Shown here piece after piece: positions 48,879 through 59,588 of a DNA stretch of 64,000 nt. The position numbers were made by a program, and so were the translations under genes. This DNA comes from ANME-2 cluster archaeon (GTDB taxonomy: Archaea; Halobacteriota; Methanosarcinia; Methanosarcinales; Methanocomedenaceae), in NCBI GenBank assembly GCA_019429385.1, contig JAHYIS010000007.1, positions 5,909 through 69,908 of the forward strand, read 5' to 3'. The notes beneath the pieces were generated by a model. That model was not told the origin of the DNA and did no database searches. It saw only the letters and a program-made list of their open reading frames with translations. Position 1 is the first letter of the stretch. The number at the start of each line of letters is the position of its first letter.

Positions 48879-50411
48879 ATGAGAATATTTAGTATTATTA
48901 TAATCTTAATGATATTAGTTTCATTTCTGGCACCGGTGGCCGCAACATCACCTGACGATAACATGGTCAGGGTATTGATAGGGTTCAAGGACAAAAACGA
49001 TGCAGCACTGGTAGAAAGCTACGGCGGAAAGGTCAATGCACAGTTTGATATTATCCCGGCAATTGCCGCAGAGGTGCCCGTACAGGCACTATACGGGCTG
49101 TCCCACAACCCAAAAATAGATATCATTGAGCCTGATGCCGTAGCCCATGCCATGGGACAGGTCACGCCATGGGGTATAGACAGGGTACAGGCACCCCAGA
49201 CACATGCCAATGGCATTACGGGTATGGGTGTAAATGTAGCTATCATTGATACCGGTATAGATTATAACCATCCGGACCTGGCATCCAATTACATGGGCGG
49301 GTATGATTACGTCAACCTTGATACCGACCCGTTTGATGACGCAGGGCACGGTACCCACGTGGCTGGAACAGTAGCGGCAATTAACAATGATTTTGGCGTT
49401 ATAGGCGTATCTCCCGAGGTCAATATTTATGCCCTGAAAGTGCTCGATGCCAGCGGCAGCGGCTCATACAGCAATATAATCAGCGCAATTGACTGGGCTC
49501 GCACCCATAATATCGATGTAGCTTCGATGAGCCTGGGTGGTGGATTCAACTCCCGCTTGCTCAGCAGGGCATGCGACAACGCATATAAGAGCGGAGTGCT
49601 GCTGGTTGCCGCAGCCGGGAACGAGGCCGGAACGGTATCTTATCCAGCCGCATATAGTTCGGTCATTGCCGTCTCCGCAACAGACCAGAACAACAATGTC
49701 GCCTGGTTCTCAAACTTTGGCACACAGGTTGAACTGGCAGCGCCGGGAGTTAACATTAACTCTACAACAATGAACGGTGGTTACAGCGGCGATACCTGGA
49801 GCGGTACCAGCATGGCCACACCCCATGTGACCGGCGTAGCTGCACTCGTACTTACCACATCCGTTATTGATACAGGATATGACACAAACAATAACGGCCA
49901 GTGGGACACTGACGAGGTCAGGCAAAGAATGCGTGATACATCAACCGACCTCGGAACGACCGGCAAGGACCTATACTTTGGGTACGGTCTTGTCAATGCC
50001 CTTGCCGCAACCGATGTGGTCGTACCAGACCCTGGCCCCACTCCTGAACCAACACCAGATCCTACACCAACTCCAACTGGCAGTGAAATGCACATAGCTG
50101 ACATATCCTTATCTCTCGATACCAGGTCTGCAGGCAGGAATATATTTACCTGGGCTGATGCCACCGTGACCATCGCAGATAGTGGAGATAATCCGGTCCA
50201 GGGTGCACAGGTCAGCGGGGTCTGGAGCGGAGTTACATCTGATATCGATACCGGTGCCACGGCAGCCGATGGGACTGTGACGTTATACTCGGACAGTGCA
50301 AAGCGACTGGTCGAAGGCACATTTACCTTTACCGTGACCAGGGTCGTGCTACCTGGTTGGGATTACAACACATCGGCGAATGTGGTCAATAGCGGAAGCA
50401 TAGCCCTTTGA
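48879..50411 (+). CDS. Secreted subtilisin-like serine protease (S8) with Pro/Thr linker and beta-rich C-terminal domain
   Basis: Signal peptide. Catalytic triad motifs VAIIDTGI (Asp), HGTHVAGT (His) and GTSMATPHV (Ser). Linker PDPGPTPEPTPDPTPTPTG. Confidence 0.92.
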   Translation: MRIFSIIIILMILVSFLAPVAATSPDDNMVRVLIGFKDKNDAALVESYGGKVNAQFDIIPAIAAEVPVQALYGLSHNPKIDIIEPDAVAHAMGQVTPWGIDRVQAPQTHANGITGMGVNVAIIDTGIDYNHPDLASNYMGGYDYVNLDTDPFDDAGHGTHVAGTVAAINNDFGVIGVSPEVNIYALKVLDASGSGSYSNIISAIDWARTHNIDVASMSLGGGFNSRLLSRACDNAYKSGVLLVAAAGNEAGTVSYPAAYSSVIAVSATDQNNNVAWFSNFGTQVELAAPGVNINSTTMNGGYSGDTWSGTSMATPHVTGVAALVLTTSVIDTGYDTNNNGQWDTDEVRQRMRDTSTDLGTTGKDLYFGYGLVNALAATDVVVPDPGPTPEPTPDPTPTPTGSEMHIADISLSLDTRSAGRNIFTWADATVTIADSGDNPVQGAQVSGVWSGVTSDIDTGATAADGTVTLYSDSAKRLVEGTFTFTVTRVVLPGWDYNTSANVVNSGSIAL

Positions 50412-50454
50412 AAAGAATCTGGCGTCTCTCAGGCGGGGCGCCACACCATTTTAT

Positions 50455-51750
50455 TCATTCAACCTGATACGTCACTTCAATATCCTGCCTGAACACAATA
50501 TTCAAATCAGAATTCAACTGTACCTTTGCCTTCTCAATATCATTATTCAACCTTGCCAGATCCCTTCTCTCCGTTTCCAACTCCTGTCCGGTTGAATCGA
50601 TCATACCCTGCGTATCGCAAACCACCTTTTCAATGTGGCTCTTTTCCCTGTATACTTCAAGCCCTTCCAGTTCCGACGATATCTGTTCAAGTTCTAAAGA
50701 ATATGACATTCGTTCTTCTTTCATGGACCGAACAAGGTCTGGACCAGCTAATTTATCTATCTGGTCAAGGGTCTTTTTTATATTTTGCTGCTTAAGACCC
50801 AGGCTTCCATCCTCTATCATCACTTTCAGTTCTGCGAGGAAAGGATTGATGTCCTCATCAAGAGCCTGTGCAGGTTTATTTTTCAATAGTCCAAGCATCT
50901 TCCTGCTGTCAGATGACAGGGTATGCCTGCCACTCTCATCCTGTTTTTCCATTCTGGAAAGAGCTTTGGAAAGAGGTGCAAACAGGTCTGATAATTGTGA
51001 ATCAATACTCTGTATCTTGCTTTTTAGCATGGACACCCGGGCTTCCAGTTCATTTGCATGAACTGATGCTTTACTTTCTTCCAGGTCCTTTAACGTTAGA
51101 GCTGCATCTTTCTTATCGCTTCTTAATGAACGGCACCTGTTCTCAAGGTCAATGATATGTGCTTTCCTGGACTCTATTCCTGAATTGGTATCCTGTATCT
51201 GCCTGATCAGCGCATGCAGTCTGTCATATGCCTCAAGCTTATCTCTTTCTTCATTGATGGGGGCGACCAGTTCTTCCAGCAATCCCTGGAACCGTTTCAG
51301 GTTAGCCAGAATATCCCGGTACGCTTCTGGAAAAATCGCTTTCACATATTGCTGGCTTCTAATAGCGTTCTCAAGAGATGTGTTCAAAAGGGCCTTTGTA
51401 TCGGTATAAAATTCAAAAGCTTTTCCAGGGTCAGTATCTTCAGGTACTATAGTCCTGTCCTTGATGATATTCAGGTTCTTTACCAGGTTATCCCTGTTCG
51501 ATGCACCTGCTTTTGCTACCCTTTTGAATACTTTCTCCCCGAATTGTGCATTGACCAGTTGAACCTTGCTGTTGTCGAGGTCTTCAAGAGTATCCCGTAT
51601 CTCTCCATATATGCGCTGGATATGCGACCTCAATTCCCTGAACATCTGGTCCGACTCATTCTCGATCCAGCCAGACAGCTCACTGAACTCGAGTGATATC
51701 TGCCGAGGTAATTCCACTTTTTTCCCGAAAAATCTCTTAATCATCTTCAA
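50455..51750 (-). CDS. Hypothetical long coiled-coil protein (431 aa)
   Basis: Heptad-rich E/K/L/Q/D sequence throughout, with no TM segments and no recognisable catalytic motif. Confidence 0.55.
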   Translation of the reverse strand: MKMIKRFFGKKVELPRQISLEFSELSGWIENESDQMFRELRSHIQRIYGEIRDTLEDLDNSKVQLVNAQFGEKVFKRVAKAGASNRDNLVKNLNIIKDRTIVPEDTDPGKAFEFYTDTKALLNTSLENAIRSQQYVKAIFPEAYRDILANLKRFQGLLEELVAPINEERDKLEAYDRLHALIRQIQDTNSGIESRKAHIIDLENRCRSLRSDKKDAALTLKDLEESKASVHANELEARVSMLKSKIQSIDSQLSDLFAPLSKALSRMEKQDESGRHTLSSDSRKMLGLLKNKPAQALDEDINPFLAELKVMIEDGSLGLKQQNIKKTLDQIDKLAGPDLVRSMKEERMSYSLELEQISSELEGLEVYREKSHIEKVVCDTQGMIDSTGQELETERRDLARLNNDIEKAKVQLNSDLNIVFRQDIEVTYQVE

Positions 51751-51820
51751 ATATATCCAAAATTACATGGAAATACTGTATTAAAAAGGTATGCAGGGTG
51801 CAACAGCACCCTTCATATAT

Positions 51821-53125
51821 CTACTCGTTGCTCAGGGTTCCATTGAAGTAACTGTCATACGAACCCATATCGAAATGCCCGTGACCGCTGAGGTTGAACA
51901 AAATGGTCTTCTCCTCACCTGTTTCCTTGCACTTCAGAGCTGCTTTGATAGCAGACTTGATAGCGTGTGCGGATTCGGGTGCCGGTGCAATTCCTTCCGT
52001 TCTGGCAAATGTAACAGCAGCATCGAATATCTCGGTCTGGTGGTAAGCTTCAGCCCTGATGATGCCGTCCGCATACAACTGGCTGATGATTGGAGAATCG
52101 CCGTGATATCTCAACCCGCCTGCATGTATCGGTGGTGGTACGAATTCATGACCGAGCGTGTACATCTTGAGTAACGGTGTCATCTCTGCCGTATCCCCGA
52201 AATCATACCTGAACTCACCGCCCGTCAGAGTGGGACATGCAGAAGGTTCAACAGCTACTACATCGATCTCCTTGCCGTCCTTTATCTTTTCCTGCAGGAA
52301 CGGGAAACTGATGCCTGCAAAATTACTGCCTCCGCCCACGCATCCTATTATCATGTCAGGATAATCATCCACCATAGCCATCTGTTTCATTGCTTCCTGT
52401 CCAATTATTGTCTGGTGCAGCATCACATGGTTAAGCACACTGCCAAGTGAATACTTGGTATTCTCATGGGTAGCTGCATCCTCCACGGCCTCACTGATAG
52501 CAATACCGAGGCTGCCTGTGGTATCAGGATACTTCTCAAGTATGGACCTGCCCGCCCGGGTCTGGGTACTGGGTGATGGTATAACAGTAGCTCCCCACAG
52601 GTTTATCAGGGATTTGCGGTAAGGTTTCTGGTAGTAACTTGACTTGACCATATAGACCATACATTCAATATCAAAGAAACTGCAGGCCATTGCCAGTGCG
52701 CTACCCCATTGTCCGGCACCGGTCTCGGTACTGATACGCTCAACACCCTCTTTCATGTTATAATAGGCCTGGGCCACGGAAGTATTGGGTTTATGACTTC
52801 CTGCCGGGCTCACGCCTTCGTATTTATAATATATTTTGGCAGGGGTCTTGAGAGCTGCTTCCAACCGGTGTGCCCGGTACAGGGGAGACGGCCTCCACAA
52901 CCGGTAAATATCCCTTACCTCTTCAGGGATAGCGATAAAGCGGTCCTGGCTCATTTCCTGCATTATCAAAGCCATAGGGAATATGGGTGATAGGTCATCG
53001 GGACCTATGGGCTCATTCGTGCCTGGATTCAACGGTGGTTGCAATGGTGTCGGAAGGTCTGGCAGGATATTGTACCATGACCTTGGTATCTCATTCTCGT
53101 CAAGTATTATTTTGGTATTGTCCAT
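51821..53125 (-). CDS. trpB: Tryptophan synthase beta chain-like, TrpB2 type (PLP-dependent)
   Basis: [14 protein letters not shown]... N-terminus typical of TrpB2, the PLP-lysine region [17 protein letters not shown], and GGGSNFAG. Confidence 0.88.
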   Translation of the reverse strand: MDNTKIILDENEIPRSWYNILPDLPTPLQPPLNPGTNEPIGPDDLSPIFPMALIMQEMSQDRFIAIPEEVRDIYRLWRPSPLYRAHRLEAALKTPAKIYYKYEGVSPAGSHKPNTSVAQAYYNMKEGVERISTETGAGQWGSALAMACSFFDIECMVYMVKSSYYQKPYRKSLINLWGATVIPSPSTQTRAGRSILEKYPDTTGSLGIAISEAVEDAATHENTKYSLGSVLNHVMLHQTIIGQEAMKQMAMVDDYPDMIIGCVGGGSNFAGISFPFLQEKIKDGKEIDVVAVEPSACPTLTGGEFRYDFGDTAEMTPLLKMYTLGHEFVPPPIHAGGLRYHGDSPIISQLYADGIIRAEAYHQTEIFDAAVTFARTEGIAPAPESAHAIKSAIKAALKCKETGEEKTILFNLSGHGHFDMGSYDSYFNGTLSNE

Positions 53126-53333
53126 ACTAACTTCACACCTGGTAAATAGATATATCAAGGCATATTTATATTTAAACTTGTATACATATCATTCATTCTA
53201 TAAATATACCAATCTATCTGTACATTTAGGTACTACAACACATGATACTAACAAGTAGTATATTAAATATTTTATAATACTCAAATAACCGTAAAAAGAA
53301 GGTATGCGCCGGAATCGACGCAATCTATAACAT

Positions 53334-53507
53334 CTATTTCTGTATTGCTTTTGCAGAACGCTTGAACCGTCTGCGTTTGACACCTGCCGAGTCGAAGCGC
53401 TGTGCCGGACCTGGACGCTTATGTGTCATATTACTTTTTGGAACTAACCTGACCTTACCCTTTCGGCCTTTGATTCTCCCCCATTCTATTGAACCGGTCT
53501 TACCCAT
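53334..53507 (-). CDS. Small, highly basic protein (57 aa) not present in the ORF track
   Basis: My minus-strand translation: MGKTGSIEWGRIKGRKGKVRLVPKSNMTHKRPGPAQRFDSAGVKRRRFKRSAKAIQK. It has ATG and TAG, is 174 nt, and fills an otherwise empty gap. The family is uncertain (ribosome/RNA-binding-like composition). Confidence 0.5.
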   Translation of the reverse strand: MGKTGSIEWGRIKGRKGKVRLVPKSNMTHKRPGPAQRFDSAGVKRRRFKRSAKAIQK

Positions 53508-53599
53508 TAATTATCCTCCGAATATATGATTTGTAACGTTCACAATTGATTTGGTCGTCTTACATTGTGTCTGGTATGCTTATACTTAACGGTGTTTTA

Positions 53600-54043
53600 T
53601 TATTTCATCTCTACTATCTTCAATGAAAAATCCTTTACACAATCGCCATTGGGTTCACCAACAACCTTCACAATGGTGTATCTGTTCCCCGGTACGGGAC
53701 CCGGGTTCTGGCACATCTCGAACATATTACAGTCTGATTCATCGCATGATACCGGTTCATACACTACTGCCGATCCCTGCCGCGCCATCCGGCTCTCAAG
53801 AAGGACAGTCCGGGGTGCCCCCACCACTTCAACAGCCTGGACACCTTTATCATGTACCGCACAAACAAGAGGAGGTGAATCTCTGACGCTTATAACTTTA
53901 TAATGTCCTCCAATATCCAGGTTCATACAGGTGTTCTTCAGCTTGCATCCTTCACAATCTGGAGTCTTTCCCCTGAACACGAACACATTTCCGGGTTTTG
54001 CCATTCTTACGCCAATGAGTGTTACAATTGTATCTTCATCCAT
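53600..54043 (-). CDS. UPF0179 family protein (Cys-rich, archaea-specific)
   Basis: 147 aa with the CEGC...C and C..C...C pattern characteristic of UPF0179. Confidence 0.75.
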   Translation of the reverse strand: MDEDTIVTLIGVRMAKPGNVFVFRGKTPDCEGCKLKNTCMNLDIGGHYKVISVRDSPPLVCAVHDKGVQAVEVVGAPRTVLLESRMARQGSAVVYEPVSCDESDCNMFEMCQNPGPVPGNRYTIVKVVGEPNGDCVKDFSLKIVEMK

Positions 54044-54110
54044 AATTCATTCTCCTGATCTTGAGTATATTCATTTTATAGTAAACATATGATCTTTCAT
54101 TTCGGGGAGG

Positions 54111-55202
54111 TCATTCTATGACCTGTGTAATCTTTGCAACACTTCTTGCTGCCTCTTCTGTCAATCCGGTACCCAGTATGGTATAGCGTTCCGGACGAAT
54201 TGTATGGGCCTGTACCAGCGCCTGGATAATATCTTCTGGGTCAATACCCAGTTCTTTTGCATTGGTGGGTGCTCCTATGGTTTTCAGGGTCTGGCGTATC
54301 CTCTGCCAGTCCCCCCCGTGGAGGTACATCATCATTATCGAACCTACACCGCACTGTTCCCCGTGCAAAGCAGGTTGTGGTGCTACCTGGTTCAAAGCAT
54401 GACTGAACTTATGCTCAGAACCGCTCGCAGGCCTGGATGAACCTGCAATGCTCATAGCCACGCCACTGGCCACCAGAGCCTTGACCACCATCCTGGCTGA
54501 TTCGGGTAAATCGGGTTTGATGGATTCTGCTGATTCCATAAGTATCTTAGCTGTCATCATGGACAGGTGTGATGCATATTCGCTTATTTTGGTACCTTTA
54601 AGCCGGTGCGCCAGTTCCCAATCCCGTACTGCAGTACATTTTGAAATAATATCACCACAACCGGCCGCCAGAAGCCTGAATGGTGCCCTGGCAATTATCT
54701 GTGTATCTGCTACGACAGCCACAGGGGGTTTTGCCTCTATGGATGCGCTCACGCCATCTTGTGAAATTGAAGCCCTGGATGAAACGATACCGTCATGGGA
54801 TGCGGCAGTTGGAACACTGATAAAACTGCATGCTGCCCGCTCAGATGCCAGTTTGGCTATGTCTATGGCTTTTCCTCCACCCACACCCAGCAGGAAAACC
54901 CGGTTTTCAGGGTCTATCTGTGTAATAAGATCCTCAACCATCTCCACCTCGCTCATTTCTGCCCGGTGGACCACGGTAGAATGAACATTGCAGCCAGTAT
55001 CTTCAAGCACCTGGCTTACCGTTTTTGCGGCTTTATACAGGGTAGTGGGTCCGCTCACTATCAAAGCATTCCCATTAAGTTTAAGTGCGTTGCATACGTT
55101 ACCAATATCATTGACGACACCGTTTCCAACAACCACATTTCTTGGTAGCAGCATCCATCGAGAATCAGACGTGTCAGCATTTAGCTCGTTCATGTGAAAC
55201 AT
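54111..55202 (-). CDS. egsA: sn-Glycerol-1-phosphate dehydrogenase (archaeal lipid backbone)
   Basis: Iron-ADH/DHQS-like fold motifs GVGGGKAIDIAK and SHDGI, plus ...GSEHKFSHAL.... Length 363 aa. Confidence 0.9.
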   Translation of the reverse strand: MFHMNELNADTSDSRWMLLPRNVVVGNGVVNDIGNVCNALKLNGNALIVSGPTTLYKAAKTVSQVLEDTGCNVHSTVVHRAEMSEVEMVEDLITQIDPENRVFLLGVGGGKAIDIAKLASERAACSFISVPTAASHDGIVSSRASISQDGVSASIEAKPPVAVVADTQIIARAPFRLLAAGCGDIISKCTAVRDWELAHRLKGTKISEYASHLSMMTAKILMESAESIKPDLPESARMVVKALVASGVAMSIAGSSRPASGSEHKFSHALNQVAPQPALHGEQCGVGSIMMMYLHGGDWQRIRQTLKTIGAPTNAKELGIDPEDIIQALVQAHTIRPERYTILGTGLTEEAARSVAKITQVIE

Positions 55203-55232
55203 ATCCTATACTATCGTAACAGGTTATAAACT

Positions 55233-56081
55233 ATGGGGATTTTACAAAGCATTCAGGGCTTTATTTACCAATATTACATCGATCCAATAATCCATGACAC
55301 AGGTTATAATCCGGTAAATACGGTAACCTGGGCAATTATTCTGGGATTGTGCCTGTTCGGTGTACTAAAACTGCTTGACAAACTTGACGTGAAAGCGGAT
55401 TGGGATTTTGTCAAGGCTATCATTCCTTTTATACTGGCCGGTTCAACACTCAGGGTCTTTGAAGATGCCGAACTGTTCAGCCCTCCTTTGCAGTACCTGT
55501 TCATAACTCCTCCCATATACATTCTGATGTTCTTGATTACGGTTCTCCTGCTTGTTTTGTCAATCGGACTGCAGAAGGCCGGTTATGTGAAGGACTGGAA
55601 AAAGGCATTCGGAGCAGCAGGGGTTTTATGGGTACTGGCCAATCTGTATATACTATTATCCTATGAAAGTATCACCAACATAAAGGCACTGGTCATAATA
55701 CCAGTATTAGGAACAGCACTGGCAGCGCTTGTAACTCTGGTGGCCAGCCGCACCGGGTATACGATGTTCACTCGTCGTGTCAATATTACCATCCTCCTGG
55801 CACATATGCTGGATGCCTCGTCAACGTTCTTTGGTGTGGATTTCCTGGGATATTATGAAAAACACGTTGTGCCTTCCTTCCTTATCGACCTGACAGGTAC
55901 AGCAAGTATCATGTTCCCGTTAAAGCTCATGATATTCATTCCAGTCATATACATTCTCGACACCCAGTTCGATGACGATGATGAATCAAAGCGGCTGAGA
56001 GACCTTGTAAAACTGACCATCATTGTACTTGGACTGGCACCGGCGACCAGGAACACGGTAAGGATGGTTCTGGGAATATGA
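55233..56081 (+). CDS. DUF63-family polytopic membrane protein
   Basis: 282 aa, about 7 TM segments. The N-terminus FIYQYYIDPIIHDTGYNPVNTVTWAIILG is typical of archaeal DUF63. Confidence 0.65.
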   Translation: MGILQSIQGFIYQYYIDPIIHDTGYNPVNTVTWAIILGLCLFGVLKLLDKLDVKADWDFVKAIIPFILAGSTLRVFEDAELFSPPLQYLFITPPIYILMFLITVLLLVLSIGLQKAGYVKDWKKAFGAAGVLWVLANLYILLSYESITNIKALVIIPVLGTALAALVTLVASRTGYTMFTRRVNITILLAHMLDASSTFFGVDFLGYYEKHVVPSFLIDLTGTASIMFPLKLMIFIPVIYILDTQFDDDDESKRLRDLVKLTIIVLGLAPATRNTVRMVLGI

Positions 56082-56713
56082 TGGATACTGAAGAAACGTT
56101 CTGGAACGACCCTGTCCGCCGCACCACACCTGATGTGCGTGCTTACCTCGAACTGCTCCGTCCCTATATACTCATAATTTCAAGCTTGTTCGTTGTTTCG
56201 GTTTTTACAGGATACCTGGCAGGATACTTCAACCCGGAGATAGCGCAACAGATGATGGGGCAGTTCGAAGAATCCTACGGCTGGATAGCTGGTAAATCTC
56301 CCCTGGTCATTTTGCTATTCATCTTTGCAAATAACACGCTCAATAGTTTTATTGCCATGGTGCTTGGGGTGGTTTTCGGGCTTTGGCCCGTACTGTTCAT
56401 TCTTATAAACGGATTTTTTATTGGTTTAGTGGTATTCGAATCTGCCAGGGAGATCAGCATATTTATAATATTGGCCGCGCTCATACCCCATGGAATAATT
56501 GAATTACCGGTGATATTTATCAGCGCAGCCATAGGATTGAGGCTTGGCTATATTACCATTTTGAAAATATCCGGTAAAATGGATGTGAGCATTCAGAAGG
56601 AATTATTCCAGGCAGTCAGGTTCTTTATAAAATTAATTGTACCGCTCCTGTTTCTCGCAGCTCTTATCGAAACATTTGTAACATCTGCGATAATCTATAT
56701 CCTGATGTCTTGA
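56078..56713 (+). CDS. SpoIIM-like (DUF95) membrane protein
   Basis: 211 aa. ...FANNTLNSFIAMVLGV... and ...IPHGIIELPVIFISAAIGL... motifs. It has a 4-nt ATGA overlap with the upstream gene. Confidence 0.65.
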   Translation: MMDTEETFWNDPVRRTTPDVRAYLELLRPYILIISSLFVVSVFTGYLAGYFNPEIAQQMMGQFEESYGWIAGKSPLVILLFIFANNTLNSFIAMVLGVVFGLWPVLFILINGFFIGLVVFESAREISIFIILAALIPHGIIELPVIFISAAIGLRLGYITILKISGKMDVSIQKELFQAVRFFIKLIVPLLFLAALIETFVTSAIIYILMS

Positions 56714-56714
56714 A

Positions 56715-57614
56715 TCATCCTTTATAGAACGGCTCGCGCAGGTTCACTGCTTTATAGAACAATGGTTCAAGTTCATGGATACCTGCACGTGAAACGTCCA
56801 CAAGGTTATCGTTCACCAGCAGGCAGGGTTTCAGCTTACCATCAGCGGTCACTCTGAGACGGCTGCAATGAGCACAGAACCGGGAATTATCGATGGGTCT
56901 TACAACTTCCACTTCAGCACCGTCCAGCAAATACTTCTTCCTGCGGTGCATCTCACGCTCAACCACCTCTAAAGCTCTTGAACCAAGGTTCTTCTCAATA
57001 GCATCCATGTTGACCCTACCCCCGTAATTGCCAAAGTCCATGGGTTCGATTATCTGTAATATCACATCCCCGTCAAACAGTCTGACAAAGGATATCATAT
57101 CGTCCAGTTCAGTTTCATTGATACCTTTGAGCATTACCATGTTCAATTTTACCGGGGTCAGGCCGGCATGTACTGCCGACTGTATCCCATCCAGCACCAT
57201 GTGATGAATATCTTTATTGCACCGGCATATATTCGCATACGTTTCAGGTTGCAGCGTATCCAGGCTGATATTGACCCGGTCCAACCCGGCGGATTTGAGT
57301 GAGACAGCCCTTTTTGAGAGCAGCACTCCGTTAGTAGTGGCAGAGACGTTTCGAAATTTTGGGATGTTTACCAGTATATCCTCAAAATCCTGACGCATCA
57401 GGGGTTCGCCTCCAGAGAATTTCACCCTCTTCACACCCAGTTTGGATGCTGTTCTAATAATATTGACAATATGTTCCGGGCTCATTTGTGACCCGTCCCT
57501 GCTTTGCCCCTCATTATGGCAATAATAACAATTGAGGTTACATTTACTGGTAATGGATATACGCAGGCTGGTTATCCTCCGCCCAAAAGAATCAATGAGT
57601 GCATCTGGTTCCAT
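56715..57614 (-). CDS. moaA: GTP 3',8-cyclase MoaA (radical SAM, molybdopterin/tungstopterin biosynthesis)
   Basis: CNLNCYYC radical-SAM cluster motif, GGEPLMR, and C-terminal CAHCSRLRVTADGKLKPCL second-cluster motif. Confidence 0.92.
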   Translation of the reverse strand: MEPDALIDSFGRRITSLRISITSKCNLNCYYCHNEGQSRDGSQMSPEHIVNIIRTASKLGVKRVKFSGGEPLMRQDFEDILVNIPKFRNVSATTNGVLLSKRAVSLKSAGLDRVNISLDTLQPETYANICRCNKDIHHMVLDGIQSAVHAGLTPVKLNMVMLKGINETELDDMISFVRLFDGDVILQIIEPMDFGNYGGRVNMDAIEKNLGSRALEVVEREMHRRKKYLLDGAEVEVVRPIDNSRFCAHCSRLRVTADGKLKPCLLVNDNLVDVSRAGIHELEPLFYKAVNLREPFYKG

Positions 57615-57703
57615 ATATATGTATATTACAAACAGTTAAGTTAAATATATTGATTAAACGGATCTGGTTACATTACTACAATTATACTACTATCGTGTCC
57701 TGT

Positions 57704-57865
57704 TCAATGGCGTATGACAACTGCACTGCCACATTGGATGAAAACAGATGACACATCAATAAACGGTGTGGGGAAAAATGCCCTTAGTTCGACACAATCA
57801 CTTGCCACCATAACTGCCAGGTCATCAATCCTTGTTGGATGACCTCTATAAACACCATCACTCAT
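57704..57865 (-). CDS. Possible small ORF (53 aa), hypothetical
   Basis: ATG preceded by AAGGAG at about -11. Translation: MSDGVYRGHPTRIDDLAVMVASDCVELRAFFPTPFIDVSSVFIQCGSAVVIRH. I recognise no homology. Confidence 0.25.
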   Translation of the reverse strand: MSDGVYRGHPTRIDDLAVMVASDCVELRAFFPTPFIDVSSVFIQCGSAVVIRH

Positions 57866-57992
57866 CTTTCAAGGTTCTCCTTAATACACAATCTGGTATG
57901 TAGATTAAAAAACTATACTTTTGTTTATTATAAATATGCTTTGCTCTATTTACTGCAGGCCATGATTTTAACATTTGCACATATACTGGCAG

Positions 57993-59342
57993 CTAAAATA
58001 TGCCATCAATGAAAGGCAGAACAAGCGCCCATAACACCAGTGCGGCTGCACCAACACCTATCAGGACAAGGAAGCTGCTTTTTACTTTCTGCCCCAATTC
58101 ATCCGAACCTGACCATTTCACAATCAGTATCTTATTCGAAGTACTGACCAGGCATGCCAGTACTGCCACAAGTGCTGCAGAAGATGAGGGTATTGAACCA
58201 CCTAAAGCAAGTGCTCCGACAGAAGCAGTAACCGCTGCTGAACTTACAAGCCCACCCAATGCCACAAAAAATACACCGGTACTGCCTAACCACAGGTTCA
58301 GGTAATGGGAAAGGAGTATGAGCAGGGTGAACCCGAATGCGAACTTGAAAGCAGGTTTGAGGGCAAATGGGGATTCAATGTCCAGCGATTCGTTGCCATC
58401 TGGCTGCATCATGCTTTTCTTTACAACCATCCCGATATTCACAGCAATGATAACCATCTGGGGTGGGAGCATAAATAACAGGACCTGTCCTGTCGGGTCA
58501 ACGATAAAGGCAATAATGAGGTTACGTATTAGCATGGTCGCATTTGATAAAACGATACCACGGTAACTGGTCTCCAACAGATTCTCCTTCTTCCTGGATA
58601 ATGCTGCAAGGGAACCGGTCGTAGCTTCACTATTGACAAGTCCGCCAATGAAACCTGATAACGGTATGCCTCGTTCAGTACCGGACTTTTTCATAAGCAG
58701 AAAACTGATAAAACTGATAGAAGACACCATTACAACGATGCTCAGAGCATATCTCGGATTCAGTACCTCAAGTATCGTAGTGTTCGGGGTGATAGGGAAC
58801 AGGATAAATATTATAATTAAAAACTGGACCGCATTGGTTACTTCATTCTGGTTCAACTGAGCTGCAAAATCCCTGAGTGTATTTTTTTCTACCAGCAAAA
58901 ACGTAATAGCTACAGCACCCATTATGGCAAAAAGATAATAGTCAAAAGCCACCATCACGCCCATAAGGAACACAAAGTACATGGTAACGCCTCCGGTGGT
59001 CCCAACCTGCCGGTATACCACATTTTTTATGTATACGGTAATAGCAGCGATAATCACAAAAAAGATCGTGGTGAGGTATAATATCTCATACACACCCTGG
59101 TTTATGGCCATGTATGCACCTATCATACCTGATATGGAGGCTATGGTATAGGTCCTGGCCCCGGCAAATATATCTTTACCTTCGGATTTGCGTTCCCGCT
59201 CAATGCCAATGAGGATACCGATAAATGCGGCAAGACCGAATTTTTCCAAAAAATCATAGGTGACCGGGTCTATTAAAGACAGCCATTGATGTATGGTAAA
59301 AGTGATAAGTTCTGATAGGTCATACATGTTCGGTATGCTCAC
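57993..59342 (-). CDS. MgtC/SapB-family N-domain plus DUF4010-type polytopic membrane protein
   Basis: 449 aa, more than 10 TM segments. The N-terminal region ...FLEKFGLAAFIGILIGIERE... matches the MgtC-family motif. Confidence 0.6.
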   Translation of the reverse strand: MSIPNMYDLSELITFTIHQWLSLIDPVTYDFLEKFGLAAFIGILIGIERERKSEGKDIFAGARTYTIASISGMIGAYMAINQGVYEILYLTTIFFVIIAAITVYIKNVVYRQVGTTGGVTMYFVFLMGVMVAFDYYLFAIMGAVAITFLLVEKNTLRDFAAQLNQNEVTNAVQFLIIIFILFPITPNTTILEVLNPRYALSIVVMVSSISFISFLLMKKSGTERGIPLSGFIGGLVNSEATTGSLAALSRKKENLLETSYRGIVLSNATMLIRNLIIAFIVDPTGQVLLFMLPPQMVIIAVNIGMVVKKSMMQPDGNESLDIESPFALKPAFKFAFGFTLLILLSHYLNLWLGSTGVFFVALGGLVSSAAVTASVGALALGGSIPSSSAALVAVLACLVSTSNKILIVKWSGSDELGQKVKSSFLVLIGVGAAALVLWALVLPFIDGIF

Positions 59343-59547
59343 TGAATATTATTAATAATGTTTTTAAAATTAATAAGGGTATCCTTTGCTTTTTTTAGAG
59401 ATAGAATGCCAGCAATATCAGTGTAATCATGTTTAACTTGTGATTTTTTAATTTCAGTAAGTGCCAAAGCCAAACATTTGGATTCTTTACGATCTTTGCA
59501 GACTTTGCAGTTGTACCCACATGAATTTGAAGCTATCCAAAAAGGGG

Positions 59548-59579
59548 TGAATGCGAAATATTAACAATATTCGCATTCA
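59548..59579 (-). terminator. Hairpin plus T5 tract immediately downstream of fae (terminator-like)
   Basis: Arms TGAATGCGAA(A)TATT and AATATTCGCATTCA flank a 3-nt loop (14 bp, one bulge). On the minus strand the hairpin is followed by CCCCTTTTTGG. Confidence 0.5.
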
Positions 59580-59588
59580 GCCAATGAT

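Noticed and set aside
59343-59560. Cys-rich open frame on the minus strand (…SCGYNCKVCKDRKESKCLALAL…NIINNIQ) between the MgtC-like gene and fae
   Set aside because: There is no ATG or GTG start in the frame, and the first TTG leaves about 44 aa. The frame begins inside the fae terminator hairpin. It may be a gene remnant but cannot be supported as a CDS.
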